A DNA stretch of 61,548 nucleotides, counting the filler, from Rhabdomonas costata (taxonomy: Eukaryota), in the NCBI GenBank assembly GCA_019059605.1. It is 17 parts of 17 records of this genome, joined end to end, with 100 filler letters (N's around TTAATTAATTAA, not from the genome) between each part and the next. Parts side by side here need not be neighbours in the genome. Positions count along the whole stretch, not along the records: positions 50,812 to 54,337 come from JAHMHO010000766.1; positions 54,438 to 57,944 come from JAHMHO010000767.1; positions 58,045 to 61,548 come from JAHMHO010000768.1; 14 more parts are not named here. One strand, given 5' to 3'. How positions within the stretch are numbered: the stretch's first letter is position 1; every line of letters begins with the position of its first letter. Shown piece after piece: positions 51,680-61,548 of the stretch. The translations under genes were made by a program, and so were the position numbers. The notes beneath the pieces were generated by a model that saw only the letters and a program-made list of their open reading frames with translations, made no database searches and was not told the origin of the DNA.

Positions 51680-52642
51680 CTGAGGGTAAATTTGTACCCC
51701 ATTATTTGCTCCTTTACAAGCCAAAACTACCTTGCCGGCATTTTCTCATTCACTGCAGGGGGCCAAAGATGGAACAAAAGGTCGAAGTCCAAAAAGCAGC
51801 CAAAACAAATGGGCTGAAAATGGCTTAAAAACGACCAAAAAGGCCCTTAGAGGTGCACTACCGAGGTCTTTCTCAGGCAAAGTGTCAGTCTGAAGTACTC
51901 CTGGGTATCATCACTGGACACACCTGGGACCTCGGTCTGAGAGCTTGAGCGCTGGTCTTAACCCTGAAAAGGCCTTAAAATGGCACTTTTTCTGCAGAAT
52001 CGCCAATCGCCAATCGGTAATGAAGCAGCCGTTGACGAAGCCGCGGAGCAGGAAGTAGGGTTGCCATGATTTAATCATAATTAATAAATAAAAAATCGAT
52101 AAAATCGAAAATTTCGTCCAAATTTGATTTAATTCACCACCCTACCAGGAACTCTATAGCCGCTCAACTCTGCACACGGGTCTCGGTCGGGTCTGAAACG
52201 AGGTTTGCTTGGAAGCGGTCCACCCTTTGGCTGCAAATGCGAATGCTGCAACCTAACAGGTTCTGCATTGATCTGGATTGTTAACTCCAGCACATTCATT
52301 GCTTGCAAGATTCCGATTTATAATCGTGGTATACCCCCTGGTTCGCCGTGCTTTTATCTGCCTGAATCCCACCACTGCAATCACAGCCACCTGCAATGCG
52401 GCGATACAATGGCGTAGTAAGGTCGCGTCTTAAAATAGGGCCATGACAATGTGGCACTTGATAAAGTTTACTTGTCTTCTGTGTCAACCTGCTCTGAAGC
52501 ACTGACATACGCTTCCTGGAGGGCGCATATTATCTCGATCGCTCTGAGTCGCATGTTGGCTTCCGCTGCGCCTTTGCTGCCTCAAAATCGGTGAACAGTG
52601 ATTTTAGGGATTTCCGAGTTCCTGAAAGTATATGCGACACTC

Positions 52643-53349
52643 CTTTACCTGTGTACTCCCCCTGTGTGGGAGAGGATTTTTTTGCCGATGCTTACGCTTC
52701 ATGATGTCTTAGAGATTGTGAATGATGATCGAAAACTGAGGCAATGGCTCAGCAAAGACAAGATTGTTGTGCCTACTGCAGCTGAATGCCCAAAATGTGG
52801 TGCGAGAATGCGGTTTGCGGAGCACAGGGGGAGGGCTGGGATGATGTGTTCCAGCAAGAACTGTCGGAAGAGGGTTAGGGTTAGGGTTTAGGGTTAGCCT
52901 AAAACCTAGGGTATCGATGGAGCATGGGGACGCTTGAAGATTTGGTTTGCTGCGAAGGGCGGTGTTGCTTCTGACCACATTGCTGGATATGTTAAACAGT
53001 TTCAGAGGAGGTCCCATATGTCTTACTCGGACTTGTTTGTGAAACTGTGCGAGCACATTCGGGACGGCTATTTTCAGTGATTGTGCCTCTTTTTTCATTC
53101 CCTTTATTCAGAAAAAGGGGGTTAGGACACTTTGCATGCTTCAGGATTTCCAATAAACAGNTTGTGTGTGAAACTGTGCGAGCACATTCGGGACGGCTAT
53201 TTTCAGTGATTGTGCCTCTTTTTTCATTCCCTTTATTCAGAAAAAGGGGGTTAGGACACTTTGCATGCTTCAGGATTTCCAATAAACAGCATGCAGGGGG
53301 TTAGGAAGCCTTGCTCATGTTCCCACTTAGGGGGAGTACAGTAGTAAAG
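52643..53349 (+). mobile_element. Merlin/IS1595-family DNA transposon, internally deleted
   Basis: N-terminal zinc ribbon CPKCG..M...C..KNCRKRV (ATG at 52688) and C-terminus GIDGAWGRLK..GG..DHI..YVKQF..R..DLFVKLCEHI* (stop at 53080). TIRs at 52643-52671 and 53321-53349 match at 24 of 29 positions. Confidence 0.8.
52871..52908. repeat. Interstitial telomeric repeat tract
   Basis: agggttagggttagggtttagggttag followed by cctaaaaccta, a degenerate repeat in the opposite orientation. Confidence 0.85.
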
Positions 53350-54437
53350 CTATGCCGAATAAAAATTACGCATGCCACGAAACAGATATGCTGTCCTGGT
53401 ATAGGCGGACATCATCGCTACCGACCGTTCCGGGGAGTTTCATGGGGTTTCAAACCTCCGAGATCAACTTCCATTTCCACTTCCATCATCAGATACTTTC
53501 CATCCTATGCACTTCACCCATCCCCGTATCGCCGCCTATCGATCCTGTCCCATCTCCGTTCCTAATGCATCGCAAAGAGGCGGCAAACTACATTTCAACT
53601 GACGCTTCAGCAGTTCCTAGGGCGTGAGGCAAATTTATGGACCTGGGATGTGCAACATGCCCCTCGCCTCCTGGCAGCTGTTCTACGAGGAGGAGGAACG
53701 ACAGAAAAGACACGGATCTCCGCATCGACAGTGACCAGTCGTTGTGACAGGAGGGGGGGGGGCAATGGGTAAGTCAAAACGCCAGCTCCCATACAACACC
53801 AAGGAGGAGGGATGTTGCGCTGAATGGCAGTTCGTGGCAGAGTGCGATGACTGCAGGCTCCTCCCTGCTGCCTCCCAGGCAGCCTATTAACAGCACCAGG
53901 ACGGAACGCACGAGTGAGGAAAAAGCAGACTCCGGCTACCGGTTCCGCCAGAAAGGAAACGAGAGACGAGCGTGTCGGGGGTTCAGACAGGCTACGCGGA
54001 GCCTAAGCAGCCACAGGTGAAAGCTCACGTGCGCACATCCAGCACATACACCCGCGCACATGCACAGACCTGAGCCGTGAAGACACCAGGCCAGCACATG
54101 AGAGGAAAAATGAAAGAAGTAGCAACAGGCCCACCGAAAAAGACAGCTGCACAGCTCGTGAGCGGATGCATGGGAAACTACACCCCCAACACACTCATTT
54201 CCCAAGGGCTCACATAAATCTCTGTAGCACGTTTCTTCACTCAACTCTTATGATGCACGTGCACGCAAAGACAAGTACAGAAGGAACTATGGACGGGGCG
54301 CCAGTGTTCCAGCGAATGAGAAGGGGGCACCACCACCNNNNNNNNNNNNNNNNNNNNNNNNNNNNNNNNNNNNNNNNNNNNTTAATTAATTAANNNNNNN
54401 NNNNNNNNNNNNNNNNNNNNNNNNNNNNNNNNNNNNN

Positions 54438-54644
54438 GGGGTTTGGGCGGCCCCCTGCAACGGAGGAGTACCCCCTGCTACCCCGGGCGCCCCCCAAAAA
54501 TGAGGGGCCAACCCTTCCCCCTACAGCAGTGACGCGCCAAGGACTCAGCGTGGCGGCGAACAACGCCCCATCCCCACTCCGGCTCACAGTGCAGTCCTGC
54601 AGCACAGTGCGGTGGCACGCTGCACCCCAGCAAGCCCTCCTCAT
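54438..54644 (-). CDS. Possible gene start encoding a mitochondrial targeting-like presequence
   Basis: ATG at 54644 after an AG; Arg/Gly/Ser-rich MRRACWG...GARGSRGYSS with an R-3-like cleavage motif; runs off the contig. Confidence 0.3.
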
Positions 54645-55981
54645 TCTATCGCTCGCCCCACGGCGAAAGCAGGCAGCAGCAGCAGCAGCAGCAGCAGTCA
54701 CTCAGAGACTCCGCTGGGTGGCACCGTGTGGAAAAGGTAATAAGACCAGAAGCGAAAAGAAACCTCCCCCACTGCAAACAACAGAGATTCAAAAACGGAG
54801 AAAGAAGGCGGGTGTGGGGCGACTTGTGAGGTGGCAACAGCCTTCAGCTACCTGAAGGAATAATGGCAGTGCCATTTAAGTGAGATTGATTCTCTTTGGT
54901 GCCCCGCCAACACCACATCGTCACGTTTCCAGCACCAGTAACAGCTGACCCATGGTGATACAGTTCCCCAATCACGGATCCGAGCACCCACCAGATGATA
55001 TCTGTGACTTCGTTTTTCAAACCGTCATTGACCGTTTTGTTTTCGCTCAACACGTGTCTATGCCATGCAGTCTGCAGCAAGGATACGATACGATAGTTGA
55101 TGGTCTCTCCCCCCCTCCAGGCAATATTGGCAGGTTGATTTAGGGGGGGGGGGAGCGCGAGCAGATTAAACTGATTTTTACCTTTGGGGATGCCATTTTT
55201 GTCAAAGCATTTGCACATACCAGTAGTTCCGGTGATCACACAGGTTTTGGCACAGGTTGCGAGCTCTGTGTGCGTACAGGGTGGCATCCCTTTTTGGCGG
55301 ATGTGGTTCCACACCTACTTCATTATGAAAAAAACCTCAGGGGGGACTGAGGAAAGGGAGTCTACGTTCCCGATCCAACACCAACACTTGATTCAACATC
55401 AATTTGTTTTTACGGAAAAATGTCTGAATATGGTGGTGGTGGGGGCTGAAGGGCTGTCATGGGCGGAATCCGGAGTCACAACAACGGACACCGCCTGAGG
55501 CGCTGCGCTTGGGGCCTGCATAGCAATAAACCACCACAATTTTGAGAGAAACCTTGCATATGAAGGACACCTGCTTCGCTTTCATTTTTGCCGTTCTCAA
55601 TTCCATCTTTCTTTCGTTGTTATCTCTTGTCCTGAGCCGAAAAAAAATAGTAAGCCGAAAACCACAAGCAAAAACCAAATACGACGCAAAAACTAAGGAC
55701 AGCGAGAAAGACTTATCGCCAGAGGGTTGTGGGTGAGGAGGAAAGAGTTTTCCTGCATTTTCACCCACATTTAGGGAGTCTCAGAACTTACTTTTTCGAA
55801 AAGCCCCTACTGTCCTGAGTGTCCCCTTCAAATCACGTCGCTTGGACAGTACTTTTTTCAACCTTAACCTGCTTTCCGTCCCATCGTTAGGAAATCGGGC
55901 GGGTTGTGCTGGGCTGATCCCTTGCAGGCATCTTCCTTCTTTTCTTGTCTGTGTCGTCTCTATTGCTTTTTGCGGTCGAAC

Positions 55982-57903
55982 ATGTCCAGCAGCCTGGTGA
56001 CCCTGCTGCTTGCCGCCCTAGTGGCAGCGCCCTGGCCACAATGCACCACCCACGGGCTGGACATGCGGTACGACACCCTTCCCCAGTGCGTGACTCTGGG
56101 GCCCACGCTGGCGGGGCAGCCCGCCCTGACCCTTGAGTGGCTCTACAACGCCACGGGGAGCTACCTGCACGGGCGGCTGGTCAGCAGCGGGGAGCGCGCG
56201 GGTTACCCGCCCAGGGACGGGTTTGTTGGGGTGGCTCTGCGAGGGGACGGGGGCACGGATGCCCCTTTGGGCGAGGACAACATGCTGCTTGGCTGGCCCG
56301 TGGACGATGCCAGCTGTATCTCCGCCCTGTACATGAACGTCACAACTTCCTGGAACGGGTGTGAACCCCCGCAGTGTGGGCCGTCGTTGCCGTCGTCCTT
56401 TTTAACCCCAACGAGGTGATGCTCAGAAGCCAACATGAATCCTCAAACGAGATTTTGAGGGTTGAGTCTTCGCAGGTTTGCTTTTCGTTGGAATGCGAAA
56501 AGGTGGGGGATTGATAAATGTATGATTCCCTTAGAGGATGCATGAGCAATGGCTGCCTCCTTGTGCACAGGTACTGCGAGCTTGACAATGCCACCCTGTC
56601 GCTCCCGAACTGCAGCGTGGTTGCTGTGGACGGCTACAACGGGACTTGCCGGTGGGATAACGCCACCATTCCGGTGTATTGCTACTGCTACTGCGACTCC
56701 GTGCGGGGGTGCTGGGGCCCCGCCCCCAGCGGCCAGAACAGCACGGATGGCTGTTACCAGTGCGCTGAGGGCTACGGGGGGTTCTCCTGCCGTGCCCCCA
56801 TCCTAACCGACCTGTACGAGCCCGACGGCGCCAACATCTTCGTTCGCTTGAGCTTTCTACGGAACTTCAGCAGTTACCCTGCTCCCATTGTCCCCGGGGT
56901 GAAGTCTGCCCTGCAGTTCCTGTGGGCCTACCGCTGGGACTCTTTGTTCAACCCCTCCGGCAGTGGGTGCGCAGACTGGGTCGTTTCCGGGTTGTACCAA
57001 AACTCTCCCTACCAAATGGTTACCCGGGACACCGAGCGGGTGGGAGTCTCCCTGGACTGGACAGACCCAGTCAGCTACAACCGGCTTCCCAACGGCTCCT
57101 GTGTGCCAGCCACCATCGTCCCCTTGCCAGGGCAGAAGCCGGTCCTCCACGTGCGAAACGGGCAGGGCCTGCCCAACTTGGGCACTGGATGGATCACCAA
57201 CTTCCTCAAGCTCGGGGGGTACAACGACTACATCTCGGTTCCCTTGTCCTCCACTGTGGACACCTCGGTCTCGTTGACAAGTGAGGGGAACCTGGCCCCA
57301 GAGCCCGGCGACAAGGTCACTTCCGGGGGCACCACCTTAACATGGGGGGTGCTGAGCAATCCCACGGGGCAATGGAACGGGTTTCCCTCTAGCCCCACAC
57401 TGCAGTACTGGAGCCTTGCAGTGACCTCTGCAGCTGGCACCGCAGTCGCCGCCTTGCAGGTCACTGTGATGCACAGTGGTAGCCTCACTTGCTGGTTGGA
57501 CGGGTACCCTGTGTTTACCCTGATGGGCTCTGACGGCGGAAGCCCCACCTCCCCTTCCGGGTTTCCCCTTCCCGTGGGCTGGCACATTTTGCTGTGCAAG
57601 ATGTTTGCCCAATCCCCTGGGGACTACTTTGCGGTGAAGTTCTTGCAGGGCGACACCTTGCTGAGCAAACCCAGCAACCTCACATCGGGCTCCGGGGACG
57701 TTTTGGGCAGCAACTGGGTCACCACTCTCTTGCACTTGGGCCCAGGACTTGGCCAGGGCATCGCCGTGGCTGGGGTCTCAAGCTTCTCGACAAACTTCCT
57801 CAACCCCATTATCGAGAGTGCCATTCAGCCGATGCCTGGGGATTCCGTCTACAATCCCTCTGGCAGCACCGCCCCGTTCTCGCTGTACAGCGCCAGCGCA
57901 TAG
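55982..57903 (+). CDS. Secreted protein with a DOMON-like domain, a Cys-rich EGF-like insert and beta-sandwich repeats
   Basis: Exon 55982-56358 (signal peptide, LTLEW, GFVGVAL, DNMLLGW) splices in phase to 56571-57903 (CYCDSVRGCWG..C..C.EGYGGFSC, LSFLRNF, FLWAY, CWLDG..LPVGWHILLCK). Confidence 0.7.
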
Positions 57904-58044
57904 TATTGACCGTACGACAGCACCGAAACGAAGCCCCCCACACCNNNNNNNNNNNNNNNNNNNNNNNNNNNNNNNNNNNNNNNNNNNNTTAATTAATTAA
58001 NNNNNNNNNNNNNNNNNNNNNNNNNNNNNNNNNNNNNNNNNNNN

Positions 58045-58228
58045 TGTGGTGGTGACGGTGAACCTGCTGCTTCTCTTTGAGTACCACGGCTCGACCTCCT
58101 CCACGAGCTCCACAAAGTCTGGGATGCCGGACTGGGTATTCTGGACCCTGTGTGTGGTGGTGTTCGCGATCAACGTGGCCTTCCTTATGGTGCTCGCCTA
58201 CTGGCTGATTTGGGCGTTCAAGACGAAG
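58045..58228 (+). CDS. Single-pass membrane protein exon
   Basis: Ser/Thr linker, then PDWVFWTLCVVVFAINVAFLMVLAYWLIWAFKTK|gtgcgc. Confidence 0.6.
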
Positions 58229-60616
58229 GTGCGCAAGGCGAATCCAAAGCTCAGTCTCTGAATATCCTTGGGGGGGGGGTCTGACTCTCTTTGTCTGCCC
58301 CTCGTCTCTTCTTCGCTTCTTCAACCTTTGCTTTCCTTTGTTCCAAGAAGGTTTTGATGGGCCGCGCTGCATTTCGGTGCGTACGATCCAAATTTCGGCC
58401 GGTCTGCAGCGGTTGAACTGTTCGAAAGGCTCTGCAAGTATCTCAATCAGTCTCCTGGGGATTTTAACGCCCACAGACCGCTATTTCTTTCTTCTTATGC
58501 TCCATCAATCACTGACTTGTGGTTATAGCCTCTGAAATATACGTTAGAATTTAATGGCTCTTTCCATAACTCTGTGCCGTACCCTCGTTAAGATTTACAT
58601 GAATAAAGTGTACGCTTATCCCACCAATCCAACTCCTGTGGTTCAAATGCTTGTGAAATGGATGGGAAGCCTTGCCGCTCCCAAACCGCGGGCAGGAAAG
58701 AGCGTGCCCTCTTTCGACTCCACACGCGTTAATCCGCCTTCCGCAGGTGATGATGAAGTTTGGAACTGTAAATCTCCTGCTGAAGCTGCTCGGATTGCCA
58801 CTGATCCGATCGGACCGCCTGGATTCCCTCGTGAAGGTCTGAGTACCTCCCAAAGACTTTTGAGTGGGCAGTTGCAGGCGGGAGGGAGGGCGACGGAGAG
58901 TGGGGGTGCTGGGATTCGTTGCAGACTTGACCGCTACTGACAAGATGGGAGGAGTCAATGCCACCTTTTCCTCGAAATGTGGTATTGCTTTATGGAGTGC
59001 CAAATAATTTTTGCTCCTGCGAATGTTCTTAGGTGTGGCCTAATACCGCACTGTATTTCAGTCCCGCACCTGCGCCTGCGGGTAAAGGGGAGGCCTCTAT
59101 CTCCGTTTCGAGGGAGAGACGGACAGTGAACAAAGGTTTTTCTCTCTCGCTCAGGCTGAGGAGCGAGCCGCGGATATTGAGGAGCGCGCTCGGCAGCATG
59201 AGCAGCACCAGCGCAAGTTTAGGAGCCGAGTGAAGGGTCGCCGGAAGTCCGGTGCAGCCGTCGCCCTGGTTTGGGCGCCGCACGGTGGCTCCCCAGCATT
59301 ACATCCACACTCGGCAGGTTGGTTGTTGTTTGAACTTCCTGGATGTGTTTGTTTGAGTGGGTATGTTTGTCTGAAGGGTATTTGGAATCCAAGTGACTTT
59401 GGGGATGCCTAACGTCCACTGTAGTGACCCTCCCTGCTCATGATGCTCAAGGAACTGTGAGAGATGAGGGGGGCTGCCTTTGTTGCCTTTTCTTTCAAGA
59501 CGTCCGTGGCAGGTTCTATTGCGCAGGTGAAAGTTAGAGACAATCAAAAAGCCAAACGCTGGATGCCCTCATCTTATTGTTTGGTTCGAAAAACAATTGG
59601 TAGCATTTTATTTTGCAACGGAGAACTGCGGAGCAACTTTCGAATACCGCCACGTTGCAGAGCGAGAGTGACAGAGGCAGCTCCCCGAATTGGGCTTATG
59701 TTCAATCACTAGTATGGCGGTTCGGAGAGTCAGCTCCCTATGTCATGTGTAGATTTTGTGGAAGCACTCCGGTCTCTCAACAATGAGGCCCAGGCTGCTC
59801 TGACCATCTGGGGTGCCTGTTTCTCGGGGAAGCGCCACTTATGACAGGGCAAGCCCCAACGGGGGGGGTTCTCCACGACACATGCGTTGGCATATGGATA
59901 CCCCGCGGGATGCAACACGGCCGCAGCTCAGAATGAGGGCGAGGGTCCCCCTCTTATATTTTTATGCAGTGGTGGACATTGCGGCCACCTCACCCCCGCT
60001 GAGCCCTGCAGCACCCGCCCAACAAATGCCCATCTTCCCAGACAAGGACGGCCCCCATGGTATGCACCATCTGCTTTCATTTTTGTACCACCGCCGCTCC
60101 CCGGGTGGAATTCGGGAGGGGAAGACAAAATCCCCCGGATTTGCGTTTCTCTTTCTTTTTGTGGTCAATAGCAGCGGGAGGTGGGGGTCCAATTTCGAAG
60201 GTACAAGATGCCTCTCTTGTGCTTCGGTCTGCATAGCCCCGAGGGGTTTTCCCCCTCCTTTATTTTCTTTTTCCCTTGTCATATTCGGATGGTGCGTGCA
60301 TTTCCCTCTAACTTCAAATCTTCATTTGGGCCTGGAGTTGGGACATGATAGGGGACCGGTAACGGACGGGGGTCCTTCTCTTCAAGGAGCTGTCCCATAA
60401 TTTTATGCGTGTCGTCATTAATTCACCTGCTGTGATTTTTTCCCTTTTGTGTGTATGCAAATGACCCAGGCGAGCTTTGGCTTAGCTCTCCATGTTCAGC
60501 TCTCGACCCTCCATCTGCAATGCCTTTTTGCGTTATTTTCTTTTTCTGCCTTTAGTTAGTTAGTTTAGTAGTTTATCTGCCGGGCCCCACCGACTGTAAC
60601 GGGCGTTTGTCTGCGG

Positions 60617-61140
60617 TTGGAGCAAGCCAGCAGCGACGGCGCAAACCTGCAAAGGCTCCCAAAGGGTCGCAGACACTCCAGGCAACGATGGACACACGGA
60701 AGCTCTCTTCTCCCTATGCGTGCTTCAGTGTTGCGCCCGCCGAGGTCCGTGTTCGCCGATGACGAGGAGCTGACCCTGGAGGACGAGATTGTGCTGCTGC
60801 AGGATCAGATCTCTGCGGTGAAGGAGCAGTCTGCGCGGCTGCGCGAGATCAGCCGCACCCTCCGTGCCCAAGTCCTGGCTATTGATCAACACAACCAACA
60901 CATCGAAGCTATTCTCCTTCCCCCTGAAGCCGCGCAGCAGGGGCTGGGCCTAATTCGGAGGCAGCTGCCGGTGCGACCCCGAGAGGCCCCAGGTGCTTCC
61001 GAGGCCGAGAAACCCGAGGTCCCGGTGTGGCCGCAGGAAGGGCTGGGGGCGAGCTCGGAAGATGCTGTGGAAGAGTTGCAGCCAGAGGAGGATGGCCCTC
61101 TTTCCGCTGCACGGCCAAGGCTGCGGGCTCGCACCGGCAT
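60617..61140 (+). CDS. Hypothetical protein exon with a short coiled coil
   Basis: GC-rich open frame with heptad pattern LEDEIVLLQDQISAVKEQSARLREISRTLRAQV. Confidence 0.45.
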
Positions 61141-61548
61141 GTGTTCGTCCTTTCCTGCTCGTATCGCTCTCTTTTTCTCAAACATGGCTTTTCACTGCCC
61201 CCTGTAAGCCGGCCATCTGACAGTCGTAGTTGTGTAAAGGTCAACAGTCTCTGGTCTCTGGTCTCGGACATTGTGAACCACAAGACCAAGCACCGAGCCT
61301 AGATACTTCGATCAGGTGAATCACGTGGGATTCCACACACACGCACTCGCATTGTCTTTCTCTGTCGATTTGGCGGTGCTAATGGCGCTTCCACAACGGC
61401 GAGATAGACACTGTCACGCTATTTGGGTTCATGCTGAGGTTTGGACACCTCAAACCTCCGGCTTCGATGACCGCCGAACAAGCAGCTCAAACAGCAGTTT
61501 CAGATTAAATACATTCGGCATGGGATTCACCCCTCGCTACACAACACC

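Noticed and set aside
53038-53289. ~122 bp direct repeat at the 3' end of the Merlin element
   Set aside because: The identical copies are separated by a single N and a G/T primer remnant; an unmerged scaffold overlap.

Overview
This is not one locus. It is 17 unrelated ~3.5 kb contigs joined by artificial N-TTAATTAATTAA-N linkers. Most contigs start with G/T-only strings and end with A/C-only strings, which points to whole-genome amplification with degenerate primers. The source is an intron-rich eukaryote, most likely a euglenid or other euglenozoan (inferred from class III cyclase fragments, Thr/Ser/Pro mucin-like proteins, E-x3-R coiled-coil exons and TTAGGG repeats). Spliced gene fragments that can be reconstructed by hand: a CAMK-like kinase, two adenylyl cyclases, an AI-2E transporter, FANCD2, an Arp2-like protein, a HAD hydrolase, a LIS1-like WD40 protein, a mucin-like protein and a DOMON/EGF protein. 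Decayed mobile elements: a CRE-like RT, a possible KDZ transposase, a Ty3/Gypsy gag-protease, a long-TIR element and a Merlin/IS1595 element. The most notable item is contig 1, which closes on itself (exact 127 bp terminal repeat, 3404 bp unit). Its only recognisable gene is a Geobacter-like futalosine-pathway mqnA, uninterrupted across its conserved domain and set in eukaryote-like flanks beside iteron-like repeats. Second is a Merlin transposon whose catalytic core has been replaced by telomeric repeats. All homology calls come from motif recognition by eye, not from database searches.
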